The notes under the pieces are model-generated. The model did not search any database, was not told the DNA's origin, and saw only the letters and a program-made list of their open reading frames with translations. 64,000 bases of DNA, taken from positions 140,309 through 204,308 of the forward strand of contig VGFA01000001.1 of assembly GCA_016869025.1 (NCBI GenBank). Direction: 5' to 3'. Origin of the DNA: Armatimonadota bacterium. GTDB taxonomy: Bacteria; Sysuimicrobiota; Sysuimicrobiia; Sysuimicrobiales; Humicultoraceae. The position numbers were made by a program, and so were the translations under genes. Below, piece after piece: positions 49,978 to 59,215 of the stretch. The stretch's first letter is position 1; every line of letters begins with the position of its first letter.

Positions 49978-51473
49978 CGCGCGCGGGCATCCGCTGGTGT
50001 CTCGCCGTTCTGGCTCTGCTTTCCCTGGCCTTGGTGCTGGGGGTCGAGCTGGGACTGCGGGACGGGCGAGAATCCGGCGCGGGGTGGATCCGTCATCCCT
50101 GGGCGGACCTGCGCGGTCCCGCGCAGCTGGTCGCGGCGTTGAGCGTTGGTGCGCTGTTGCTGTCGGTCCTCCTTGCGGGACGGCAGCGTCCTCCAAGCAC
50201 GGCCCTGGTTCCCGTGGAGACTGTTGTCGAGCACCGGACCTTCTCGGCGCCGGTCAAGGCACTGCTGCTGGGCATCAGCGCGGTGATGGCGGTGGTCGGT
50301 GGCCTGGCGTTCGCGGGAATCGACGTGCTTCTCGCACTCACACACTCCGAGTTGGCGTTTGCGCTGGCCGTCGGCTGTCTGGTCGGCGGGATCATCACGG
50401 TCGTGCAGGTGCGTCACTCGCTCGCCGGGAGACCGGCACGGCGATTCCGTCTGCCGTCCGTGTTGATGCTGGGCCTCGGGTTCGTCCTCGTGGTCGCAGC
50501 CGGCACGGTCACCCTGTACCTGCGCCAGCGCGTGGGGTTCAGTTTCGCGCCGCTGCTGTTCCTCGGCGCGGCGCTGCCGCCGCTGGCCGCGCTGAGCGTC
50601 GCGGCGGAAGGTGTTGGCCAGCCGGCATCGGCGCGCCGTGTGCTAGTCGCCATGGTGGCCGGAGGCACCGCATCGGTGATCGCCGCGGTCATGTTGGAGA
50701 TGCTCCTGCCCGGGATTATCGCCCTCTTCGTGAAACCCGTGGCCGACATGATACGGGAGGTCATCGCGCTCATCGACCAGGGGAGGTTCAGCGACCTCTT
50801 CAGGTCGCCGGCCGCCATCTTCGCGTTGGTCCAGCTCGCCGTCGTCGCACCCATCGCGGAAGAGGCGGTGAAGCCGATCGGCGTGATGGTCCTGGGGCGC
50901 CGCATCCAGTGCGCCCGCGACGCGCTACTGATCGGCATGGGGTGTGGGGCAGGGTTCGCCATCGTCGAAAACATCATGTACGAGGGCGGAGGGATCTCCA
51001 TCTGGGCGGGCATCACATTTGTTCGCGCGATCGGCGGGGCGCTGCACCCCATTGGCGCGGGACTCGTCTCGCTCGGGTGGTTTGGGGTCTTTCAGCGCCA
51101 ACCCGGGAGGTGGCGCAATCTTGCCCGCAACTACTTGGCGGCTGTCGGTCTTCACGCGATCTGGAACGGCGCCTGCGGGATCTTCTATCTCCTGGAGTCG
51201 GCGCATAGAGACGTCCTCGGACCGGTCGACCTGCAGGGGTGGGTCATTGACATCGGCCTGCTCGCCCTCTTCCTGGTTGAGGGCGCGTTCATGTTCTGGG
51301 CGGTGCGGCGCATCGCGCAGGCGCTCGCAGCCGATGCGGTCCCTCAGCCGGCCCTCCCGCCGGCCCGCCTGTTAGGTCTCTGGGCCGTCGCCTGCATGGG
51401 CGTGCTGCTGCCCATCGCCGCAGCCGCCAGCCGCGCGGTCGTGCGCTACCTGGAGTCCGGCCCGTCACCGTAG
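49968..51473 (+). CDS. PrsW-family intramembrane glutamic protease with extra N-terminal membrane domain
   Basis: It has the motifs EE..K (PIAEEAVKP), F...E (GFAIVEN) and H...N (GLHAIWNG). At 501 aa it is much longer than B. subtilis PrsW. Confidence 0.7.
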   Translation: MVLTRAGIRWCLAVLALLSLALVLGVELGLRDGRESGAGWIRHPWADLRGPAQLVAALSVGALLLSVLLAGRQRPPSTALVPVETVVEHRTFSAPVKALLLGISAVMAVVGGLAFAGIDVLLALTHSELAFALAVGCLVGGIITVVQVRHSLAGRPARRFRLPSVLMLGLGFVLVVAAGTVTLYLRQRVGFSFAPLLFLGAALPPLAALSVAAEGVGQPASARRVLVAMVAGGTASVIAAVMLEMLLPGIIALFVKPVADMIREVIALIDQGRFSDLFRSPAAIFALVQLAVVAPIAEEAVKPIGVMVLGRRIQCARDALLIGMGCGAGFAIVENIMYEGGGISIWAGITFVRAIGGALHPIGAGLVSLGWFGVFQRQPGRWRNLARNYLAAVGLHAIWNGACGIFYLLESAHRDVLGPVDLQGWVIDIGLLALFLVEGAFMFWAVRRIAQALAADAVPQPALPPARLLGLWAVACMGVLLPIAAAASRAVVRYLESGPSP

Positions 51474-51870
51474 GCTCGTGGTCGCAAGGGTCTCTGGAAC
51501 GACCCCGGCAGCGGTGATGCGCTGTGGGGGTTCCTTGCCGCGGCCAGTGGCGTCCGTGCGTCGGCAGGTGCCGGGGTGCGGCGATGCGGGAACGCAGGGT
51601 TCCTTCAGCGACAGCGGGATGGTCGTGATCCGGTACGCGCCCATTACGCGCATAGTCTGGAGCCGGATTTTCCCACATCGTTGCCCGGCGCGACCCAGAA
51701 GGACGTCGACGACTTCCACCGGTTCCACGGAGTCGATGACCCCATGCCCGTTCGTTATGTCAGGTTCCTTTCGCAACTCGCTCCCAGGTGCCGCATCCAG
51801 GCGTCCGAGCCTCGATAGGGTTGTCACCTGATGGACTCGCGGCCTGGACAACGCGTACGTTTGGATCGAG

Positions 51871-52284
51871 ATGCAGGAATTGGAATATCCTCGGGGTCGG
51901 GCCGGACGGATGCTGCCGCGCTTCATAAGGGAGGCAGGTGTGCTGCGAGCGCTAGCCCATCCTGTGCGGCTGGCGATCCTGGCGCACCTGCGTCGCAGGC
52001 CGGCCTGCGTCTGCCACCTCACCAGGGCCTTGGGCCGGCCCCAGGCGTACGTCTCGCAGCAGCTCGCGGTCCTGCGCGGCAGCGGGCTGATCGAAGGGCA
52101 GAGGGAGGGGGCGTACGTCTACTACGGACTGCGCGACCGCGGCGTGCTGGCGCTCGTGGATCTTGTCGGCGGGCTCCTCGGGCGCGCGGTTGTCGGCGCC
52201 TTGCCCCCGGGCGGGCGGGTCGAGGGATGCGAGTGCCCCCGCTGCCGCAAGGACGCCGTGACCACGGTGGGATCCCGCGGATGA
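51871..52284 (+). CDS. arsR: ArsR/SmtB-family metalloregulator
   Basis: It has the HTH motif LAHPVRLAILAHL and an ACVCHL site analogous to the As(III)-binding ELCVCDL. The likely start is the ATG at 51910. Confidence 0.8.
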   Translation: MQELEYPRGRAGRMLPRFIREAGVLRALAHPVRLAILAHLRRRPACVCHLTRALGRPQAYVSQQLAVLRGSGLIEGQREGAYVYYGLRDRGVLALVDLVGGLLGRAVVGALPPGGRVEGCECPRCRKDAVTTVGSRG

Positions 52285-53330
52285 TCGGCGATCTGTTGAT
52301 CGCGGGCCTCCGCGCGCTCTGGGAGTACATCGCCCTGCACGTGCTGACCTGCCTGATTCCGGCGTTTCTGCTGGCCGGCGCGATCGTGGCCTTCGTCTCG
52401 AAAGAGGCGGTAATGGCGCGCCTGGGGAGCGCCGTCTCCAAGACGGCCAGCTTCACGACCGCCGCCGGCGCCAGCTTCTTACTCGCCGCCTGCTCGTGCA
52501 CCGTCATTCCGGTCTCCAGCGGGCTCTACTACGGCGGCGCCGGGATCGGCGCGGCCTTCATCCTGCTGTGGGTGGCCCCGGCATCGAACCTGCTCTCCCT
52601 GGTCTACACCGGGAGCATCCTGGGCGCCCAGATGGTCTGGGTGCGCGTCCTGGCGGCGCTGGCAATGGCCTTCATCGTCGGGTGGGTGATGACGCTGGCC
52701 TTCCGGCGGGAGGAGGCAGGGCGGATGAGCACTGCATCCGGTGGCTCCGGGACCCGGATCCTGGGCCAAGACGACCTCACGCTTCTGGGGCTGCTCGTCG
52801 CCTCGCTGCTGGCTCCCAACTATCTGGTTCGGGGCGGCCCCTACGTCCAGAAGTTGCTGGTATGGGCGGCGGCGACCGCGCTGGTGGCCGCCTATGCCAG
52901 GCGGCGAAAGACCGGCGAGGAGATCCGGCGCTGGTTAGGCGAGACGTGGTGGTTCGCCCGCATGATCTTCCCCTTGCTGTTGCTGGGCGTCTTCATTGTT
53001 GGCATGGTTGGTGCGTCGATCCCTCGGGCGTGGATCGAGTCGTACCTTGGAGGGTCTGGGCTCCTGGCGTCGTTTCTGGCCACGCTGCTCGGGAGCGTCA
53101 GTTACTTCGCCACGATGACCGAGGCGCCGTTCGTGCACACGCTGCTCGGGCTGGGCATGGGCAAGGGGCCTGCCCTGGCCCTGCTGCTGACCGGGCCCGG
53201 GCTCAGCCTGCCCAACTGGCTGGCGATCGGCCGCGTCTTCGGCGCGCGGAAGGCCGCCGTCTATGTAGGCACGATCATCGTTCTGGGCACCATCGGAGGC
53301 TGGTTCGCCGGGACGTTCGTATTCAAGTGA
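52281..53330 (+). CDS. arsP: ArsP-like (COG0701/DUF318) permease with CSC motif
   Basis: 349 aa polytopic protein with AACSCTVIPV, resembling the TPFcSCS motif of the organoarsenical efflux permease ArsP. Its ATG overlaps the arsR stop. Confidence 0.6.
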   Translation: MIGDLLIAGLRALWEYIALHVLTCLIPAFLLAGAIVAFVSKEAVMARLGSAVSKTASFTTAAGASFLLAACSCTVIPVSSGLYYGGAGIGAAFILLWVAPASNLLSLVYTGSILGAQMVWVRVLAALAMAFIVGWVMTLAFRREEAGRMSTASGGSGTRILGQDDLTLLGLLVASLLAPNYLVRGGPYVQKLLVWAAATALVAAYARRRKTGEEIRRWLGETWWFARMIFPLLLLGVFIVGMVGASIPRAWIESYLGGSGLLASFLATLLGSVSYFATMTEAPFVHTLLGLGMGKGPALALLLTGPGLSLPNWLAIGRVFGARKAAVYVGTIIVLGTIGGWFAGTFVFK

Positions 53331-53343
53331 AGGGGGCGATAGC

Positions 53344-53601
53344 GTGATCACCATCGAGATCTTCGGCCCGGGGTGCCAGAAGTGCAGGGCCACCGAGGCC
53401 GCGGTGCACAAGGCGGTGCAGATGCTGGGACTGCAGGCTGCGATAACGCATGTGCGTGACCCAAAGGAGATGGCTGCTCAGCGCGTGATGTTCACGCCGG
53501 CGGTACGGATAAACGGCGAGCTGAAGTGCGCCGGGCGCGTGCCCGAGGTGGCCGAGATCACAACCTGGCTCACAACGGCTGCTGCTGATGGGCCTGTTTG
53601 A
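53344..53601 (+). CDS. Thioredoxin-fold 'redox-active disulfide protein 2'-like small protein
   Basis: 85 aa with a GPGCQKC (CxxC) motif. The family is commonly found in ars operons. Confidence 0.65.
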   Translation: MITIEIFGPGCQKCRATEAAVHKAVQMLGLQAAITHVRDPKEMAAQRVMFTPAVRINGELKCAGRVPEVAEITTWLTTAAADGPV

Positions 53602-54637
53602 GCGCTACCTGAGCCTGTGGGTGGCCGCCTGCATGGCGGTCGGCGTGCTGATCGGGAAGGCGCTGCCGGGTCTGACCGACCTGATGCGGCGCCTGGAGTT
53701 CGGGCAGGGCAGCCAGATCAACGTGCCCATCGCCGTGCTCATCTGGCTGATGATAACCCCCATGATGATGAAGGTCGACCTTGCCTCCATTCGGAATGTG
53801 GGGAAGCGCCCCCGCGGGCTGTTCGTGACGCTGTTCGTCAACTGGCTGGTCAAGCCGTTCTCGATGGCCCTGATCGCCTGGTTCTTCTTCCGCCATGCCT
53901 TCGCGGCGTGGATCGCGCCGGGCGAGGCCGACCAGTACATCGCCGGCGCGATCATCCTGGCCGCGGCCCCTTGCACCGCTATGGTCTTCGTGTGGAGCTA
54001 CCTCACCGACGGCGATCCGGCCTACACCCTCATGCAGGTGTCGGTGAACGACCTGATCATGCTCTTCCTGTTTGCCCCAATCGTGCGCTTCCTCGTCAGC
54101 GGCGCCGCCTCGCTCGAGATCCCTTTTCGCGTGCTGCTCTACTCGGTCGCCGTCTTCATCGTGGTGCCCCTGACCATTGGGGTCGTCTTGAGGGGCTGGT
54201 TCGTCAGGCGCAGGGGTCTCGCGTGGTTCGTCGGCGCCCTGCTTCCGCGCTTCGCGCCGGTAAGCATGGGAGCGCTGCTGGCTACGCTCGTGCTCATCTT
54301 TGCCTTCCAGGCTGACAACATCACCGGCAGGAGCCTGCACGTGCTCCTGATCGCGGTGCCGATACTCATCCAGGTCTACTTCAACTCGTCGCTCGCCTAC
54401 CTGCTGATGCGGCTGTTCCGGGTCAGGCACGCAGTCGCCGCCCCAGGCGCGCTGATAGGGGCCAGCAACTTCTTCGAGCTCGCGGTCGCCACCGCCATCG
54501 CCCTGTTCGGTCCCGGGTCCGGCGCCGCGCTGGCTACCGTGGTGGGGGTTCTGATCGAGGTGCCGGTGATGCTCTCGGTGTGCTCGGTCTGCAACCGCAC
54601 CCGACACTGGTTCCCCGCGGCCGAGGGGGCCGGTTAG
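53588..54637 (+). CDS. arsB: Arsenite efflux transporter, ACR3 family
   Basis: It has the ACR3 signature LIWLMITPMMMKVD ... AAAPCTAMVFVWSYLTDGD. 349 aa. Confidence 0.85.
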   Translation: MGLFERYLSLWVAACMAVGVLIGKALPGLTDLMRRLEFGQGSQINVPIAVLIWLMITPMMMKVDLASIRNVGKRPRGLFVTLFVNWLVKPFSMALIAWFFFRHAFAAWIAPGEADQYIAGAIILAAAPCTAMVFVWSYLTDGDPAYTLMQVSVNDLIMLFLFAPIVRFLVSGAASLEIPFRVLLYSVAVFIVVPLTIGVVLRGWFVRRRGLAWFVGALLPRFAPVSMGALLATLVLIFAFQADNITGRSLHVLLIAVPILIQVYFNSSLAYLLMRLFRVRHAVAAPGALIGASNFFELAVATAIALFGPGSGAALATVVGVLIEVPVMLSVCSVCNRTRHWFPAAEGAG

Positions 54638-54666
54638 GAGAAGGCTTGGATCCAGCGAGGAATGCC

Positions 54667-55230
54667 GTGCAGCAAGTCCCGGCGTGGCGCGTGTTCACAG
54701 CCTTCGTCCGCCTGGGTGCGACCGCCTTCGGCGGTCCGGCGATCGTGGCGCACCTGAAGGCCGAGCTGGTAGGCAGGCGGCGCTGGTTGACCGAAGCGGA
54801 CTTCGCAGACGGCCTGGCGCTCTGCCAGATCATCCCAGGCGCCACCATGGTGATGCTCTCAACCTACGCCGGATACCGTGTCGCAAGGATTCCTGGGGCC
54901 GCAGCCGCAGCGATTGGGTTCGTGCTGCCTGCCTTCGTGGTGATGCTTGTCCTCTCGGCGCTGTACGCGCACTCCGGCGCACTGCCGGCGGTCCGCGCCG
55001 TCTTCCGCGGGCTGGGTGCCCTGGTCGTGGTCGTCGTTCTCAATGCCGCGATCAATCTCGGCCGGTCCGCGCTGTGCGATTGGCAGGGGGTGGTACTGGC
55101 CTGCCTGGCCCTGGTGGCGCTCGTCCTAGGAGTGGGATTCCCGGTCGTCGCCGCCGGCGCTGCAGTGCTGGCTTTGGGGCTGTACCGGACCCAGGCCGTG
55201 CCCGGAAGGAGGCCTCCCGGTCCCTCATGA
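54667..55230 (+). CDS. chrA: Chromate transporter ChrA, N-terminal-type half (short-chain CHR)
   Basis: It has the motif FGGPAIVAHLKAELV.RRWLTEADFADGLALCQIIPG. A GTG start is assumed. Confidence 0.7.
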   Translation: MQQVPAWRVFTAFVRLGATAFGGPAIVAHLKAELVGRRRWLTEADFADGLALCQIIPGATMVMLSTYAGYRVARIPGAAAAAIGFVLPAFVVMLVLSALYAHSGALPAVRAVFRGLGALVVVVVLNAAINLGRSALCDWQGVVLACLALVALVLGVGFPVVAAGAAVLALGLYRTQAVPGRRPPGPS

Positions 55231-55811
55231 GGCCCCGAGGGTGGGCGATCGCCTTCATGCTGGGGATGGCTCTTGTACTGGGCCCCCGGATCTGGAACCC
55301 CGTGCTGGGGCATCTGAATCTGGTGCTCATGAAGCTGGGGATAATGGCCTTCGGCGGAGGGTTCACCCTGATACCGCTGATCCAGCAGGAAGTGGTCAGC
55401 CGCTTGGGATGGCTGACCACGCGCGAGTTCATTGACGGCGTCGCCCTGGGGCAGGTGACGCCAGGACCCATCCTGATCACCGCTACGTTCATAGGCTACA
55501 AGATCGGCGGGCTGGCCGGGGCCGCGACCTCCACGATCGCGGTCTTCCTGCCGTCGTTCCTGGTGCTCGTGGGAGTCGTCCCGCACTTCGACGAACTGAG
55601 ACGCCTCCAGGCGGTGCAGACGATGATCCGGGGCGTGCTGGCCGCCTTCATAGGGCTTCTGCTCTTCATCCTGCATCAGTTCGGGCAGGCGGCGTTGACG
55701 GACTGGAGGACCTGGGCGGTGGCGATCGTTGTGTTCGCCGGCCTGCGCGGGGGCGTGGGCCTCCTTACGCTCGTCGGGCTGACCGCGGTGGTGTCGCTGC
55801 TCGCGCTCTGA
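55227..55811 (+). CDS. chrA: Chromate transporter ChrA, C-terminal-type half (short-chain CHR)
   Basis: It has the motif FGGGFTLIPLIQQEVV ... GVALGQVTPGP. Its ATG overlaps the first half's TGA. Confidence 0.7.
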   Translation: MRPRGWAIAFMLGMALVLGPRIWNPVLGHLNLVLMKLGIMAFGGGFTLIPLIQQEVVSRLGWLTTREFIDGVALGQVTPGPILITATFIGYKIGGLAGAATSTIAVFLPSFLVLVGVVPHFDELRRLQAVQTMIRGVLAAFIGLLLFILHQFGQAALTDWRTWAVAIVVFAGLRGGVGLLTLVGLTAVVSLLAL

Positions 55812-55925
55812 GGCGGCGCCGTGGCGTCGGGCCGGTCTTGTAGGAATGCAACGAAGCGGGTCGAAGCCATCACACAAGCTGGCCGGTGACCAGCCGGGCA
55901 GATTTGCGCATGAGGTAGGTGTACC

Positions 55926-57284
55926 GTGACGGAATCAGCGCGCAAGATAGATGCGTTCCTGTCGGAGCGCCTGGATGAGTACATAGCCGAGACGGCACGG
56001 CTCTGCGCGGCGCCCAGCATCTCGGCGCAGGCGATAGGTCTCCCCGAGTGCGCGGGCCTCGTGGCGGATCTGCTCAAGCGCAAGGGATTCGAGGTTCGGC
56101 GCATTCCCACCGAGGGCGCCCCTGTGGTGGTGGGCCGGCTCGAAGGACGCTCGGCTCGCACGCTGCTCTTCTACAACCACTACGACGTGCAGCCCCCGGA
56201 GCCGCTCGAGTTGTGGACCACGCCGCCGTTTGAACCCGCACTGCGCGATGGCGCGCTCTACGCCCGGGGCGCCAAGGACGACAAGGGCGAGTTCGTGGCG
56301 CGCCTGGCCGCGGTGGACGCGGTGCGCGCGGCGCACGGCGGGACCCCGCCCTGCGGCGTGCTGTTCGTGGTGGAGGGACAAGAGGAGATAGGGAGCCCGC
56401 ACATCGCGCGGTTCGTTCAGGACCACAAGGATCTGCTCTCGTGCCATGGCGCGGTCTGGGAGGAAGGCGGGACCGACGCCGACGGGCGGCCGCAGGTGTC
56501 GCTGGGCCGGCGCGGGGTCCTGGAGGTCGAGCTCGGGGTGGAGACCATGCGGGTGGATGCTCACTCCGGGGCGGCTGATATGCTGCCCAATGCGGCCTGG
56601 CGGCTCCTGCGCGCGCTCGCGAGCCTCAAGGGGCCTGATGAGCGCATCCGCATACCCGGTTTCTACGATGCGGTCCTGCCGCCGTCTGCGAAAGACATCG
56701 AGATGCTCGACGCCCTGCCCGATTACGAGCCACACCTGCGCGCCACCTACGGCGTCAGCGAGTTCGTACTGGGACGGCGGGGCCGGGACCTGAACCGCGC
56801 GGTGTTCGAGCCGACCTGCAACATCCAGGGCCTGACCGCGGGGTACCAGGGCGCGGGCGCCAAGACGGTCATACCCGCGCGCGCTGCTGCGAAGCTCGAT
56901 TTCAGGCTGTTGCCCGACCAGGATCCGGACGAGGTGTTCACGCTCCTGAAGAAGCACCTCTCGCACGAGGGATTCGGCGATGTAGAGGTGACATGGATCG
57001 GCGCGATGTGGCCGTCCCGGGTCTCGGTGGACGATCCGCTCGTCGGGCTCACCGCGCGCACCGGCGAAGAGGTCTACGGGAAGCCCAGCCTGCTCCTGCC
57101 CCTGGGTGGAGGGAGCAGCCCCTTCTACGCCTTTGCCCGTCCTCTGGGCATCCCTGTGGTCACCGCTGGCGTGGGTTACGGGCGCAATCGCACGCACGCG
57201 CCCGACGAGCACGTGCGCCTGGGCGACTTCCTGAACGCATCCCAGCACATCGCACGGATACTGGAGGGGTTTGGCGATCTGTAG
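55926..57284 (+). CDS. M20-family metallopeptidase (dipeptidase/ArgE/DapE-like)
   Basis: 452 aa with HYDVQP and GAKDDKG motifs and a dimerisation domain. Confidence 0.75.
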   Translation: MTESARKIDAFLSERLDEYIAETARLCAAPSISAQAIGLPECAGLVADLLKRKGFEVRRIPTEGAPVVVGRLEGRSARTLLFYNHYDVQPPEPLELWTTPPFEPALRDGALYARGAKDDKGEFVARLAAVDAVRAAHGGTPPCGVLFVVEGQEEIGSPHIARFVQDHKDLLSCHGAVWEEGGTDADGRPQVSLGRRGVLEVELGVETMRVDAHSGAADMLPNAAWRLLRALASLKGPDERIRIPGFYDAVLPPSAKDIEMLDALPDYEPHLRATYGVSEFVLGRRGRDLNRAVFEPTCNIQGLTAGYQGAGAKTVIPARAAAKLDFRLLPDQDPDEVFTLLKKHLSHEGFGDVEVTWIGAMWPSRVSVDDPLVGLTARTGEEVYGKPSLLLPLGGGSSPFYAFARPLGIPVVTAGVGYGRNRTHAPDEHVRLGDFLNASQHIARILEGFGDL

Positions 57285-57366
57285 TTCACAAGGCCGCGGT
57301 TCGCAGGGAGGGATGCTTGATGGAGGCGAGGCGGCTGAGTCACTCGGTGGAAACGGAGGTGGGGGA

Positions 57367-58251
57367 ATGATCGCCCTGCCGACGATCGGCTTCATCGGGC
57401 TAGGCCTCATGGGGATGCCCATGGCTCGCAACCTCCTGCGAAAAGGGTTCCCTGTTACCGTGGTGCGCCACCGCGATCCAGCTGCACCGGCGACGCTCGC
57501 CGCGCTGGGCGCCGGGATCGTGGCCTCGCCCGCCGAACTGCGCGATCACGCCCAGATTGTGATCCTGATGCTGCCGACCTCGCGCGAGGTGGAGGAAGTG
57601 ATCCTCGGCGACGGCGGGCTGGCAGACATCCTGCGTCCGGGCCAGGTGGTCGTGGACATGGGGACGAGCGACCCGGCATCCACGCGCCGCATCGCCGCGG
57701 CGCTTGCCACCCGTGACATAGCGTTCATTGACGCGCCGGTCACCGGCGGGGTGGGGGGCGCGGAGGCCGGAACCCTGACCATCATGGCCGGCGGGCCGTT
57801 CGCGGTTGTTGAACGGATTCGGCCCGCGCTGGCGGCCATGGGAGGCGTCGTGGCGTACGTCGGCGAGGCCGGCTCCGGCCATGTGGTCAAGCTGTTGAAC
57901 AACATGATATCGATCTCAACGACCGCGTTGATTGCCGAGGCGCTGACGCTCGCCGAGCGCTCGGGCGTCGCGCGGTCGGTGGTTCTCGAGGTCCTCGAGC
58001 ATGGATCCGCCAACAGCATCACTCTCCGGGGCGTGGCTGCTCGGCTTCGGGAGGAGCGCTTCAGTCCAGGCTTCAAGCTGGCGCTGGCCCGCAAGGACCT
58101 GCGCCTGGCCGAGGCATTGGCCGAGGCCTTAGGCGTGCGTCTGGAAGTTGCGACCGCGGCCCGCGCCGCCTACGATCGCGCCTGCGACGCGGGGATGGGG
58201 GATCTTGACGTCGCGGCGATCGCTGTGGCCAAGCCCGTCGGGGCGGCCTAG
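57367..58251 (+). CDS. NAD(P)-dependent 3-hydroxyisobutyrate-dehydrogenase-family oxidoreductase
   Basis: It has a Rossmann GFIGLGLMGMPMA motif and the HIBADH signature GAGHVVKLLNNMI. Confidence 0.8.
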   Translation: MIALPTIGFIGLGLMGMPMARNLLRKGFPVTVVRHRDPAAPATLAALGAGIVASPAELRDHAQIVILMLPTSREVEEVILGDGGLADILRPGQVVVDMGTSDPASTRRIAAALATRDIAFIDAPVTGGVGGAEAGTLTIMAGGPFAVVERIRPALAAMGGVVAYVGEAGSGHVVKLLNNMISISTTALIAEALTLAERSGVARSVVLEVLEHGSANSITLRGVAARLREERFSPGFKLALARKDLRLAEALAEALGVRLEVATAARAAYDRACDAGMGDLDVAAIAVAKPVGAA

Positions 58252-58258
58252 AGGCAGG

Positions 58259-59107
58259 TTAGCTCCAGAGCAGCCTGTGCAACGCGGAGTGGTCCAGGTC
58301 GCCACCGCCCTCATCAACCAGGGTCTGGAAGCGCGCGGCCGCGCACTCCAGGTGGGGCAGCCGCGCGCCCACGGACGCGGCCAGGTCCAGGGCCAGCCGC
58401 AGGTCCTTGAGATGCGTCCGGGCCTTGCCGCCTGGCGTGTAGGCCCGGTTGACCATCCGCGTGCCGTGAACCTGCAACACCCTTGAGTCCGCGAACCCAC
58501 CGCGCAGCGCCTGCTGCACGGCGCAGGGATCGAGGCCGCACTTCTCGGCCAGCGTCAGTGCTTCTGCCACGGCCTCGATGGCCAGTCCGACGATGATCTG
58601 GTTGATGACCTTGGTCGTGTGACCGGCGCCGGGCGGGCCCACGTGCACGATGTTGCCGCCGAGCGCCTCGAGCACGGGCCGGGCGCGGGCCACATCCTCC
58701 ACCGATCCTCCGGCCATGATGGCCAGTGAGCCGTCGGCGGCACCCTCCGGACCGCCTGATACCGGAGCATCCACCCAGCCGACGCCTCGCGCTGCCAGCC
58801 GCGCGGCGTGGACCCTGGACGGTGCCGGGTCGGAAGAGCCCATGTCGAGGACGAGATGTGGAGGGCGCAGGTGGGGCTCGAGCCGTTCGAGCACGGCGTT
58901 GGTCGCGCTCGAGTCCTCCAGCATGAAGAGCGAGATGTCCGCGGCTGCCGCGTCTCGAAGCTCCTGGCAGAGAGGTATGCCAGCGACCAGGTCCTCGGGA
59001 AGGCGCGACCGATTCCAGCCGCGCACATCGAACCCCTTCGCGATCAGCCGCCGGGCCATCGGCCGGCCCATTAGGCCCAGGCCCAGGATCGAGATGGTGG
59101 GAAGCAT
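58259..59107 (-). CDS. NAD(P)-dependent HIBADH-family oxidoreductase (paralogue, convergent)
   Basis: It has the motifs ILGLGLMGRPMA and GAGHTTKVINQIIV. Confidence 0.8.
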   Translation of the reverse strand: MLPTISILGLGLMGRPMARRLIAKGFDVRGWNRSRLPEDLVAGIPLCQELRDAAAADISLFMLEDSSATNAVLERLEPHLRPPHLVLDMGSSDPAPSRVHAARLAARGVGWVDAPVSGGPEGAADGSLAIMAGGSVEDVARARPVLEALGGNIVHVGPPGAGHTTKVINQIIVGLAIEAVAEALTLAEKCGLDPCAVQQALRGGFADSRVLQVHGTRMVNRAYTPGGKARTHLKDLRLALDLAASVGARLPHLECAAARFQTLVDEGGGDLDHSALHRLLWS

Positions 59108-59215
59108 GGCGCATCAACTCCTTGTGCGATCCTCGACCACTGTAGCGCCTCAGGCGCCGCAGCGCCACAGTGCCGGGCGGAGGAAGAGAACTCATCGCAC
59201 CGGAATCCATGACGC

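Noticed and set aside
51465-52022. 185-aa minus-strand ORF spanning the prsW-arsR intergenic region
   Set aside because: It overlaps the arsR start. It has no ribosome-binding site or motif, and its composition resembles an antisense high-GC frame. The region is treated as non-coding.
54580-55811. Single long ChrA gene
   Set aside because: The reading frame changes at 55227-55230 (ATGA overlap). The two halves each resemble one CHR domain. It is annotated as a split short-chain ChrA pair rather than one gene with a frameshift. A sequencing error cannot be excluded.
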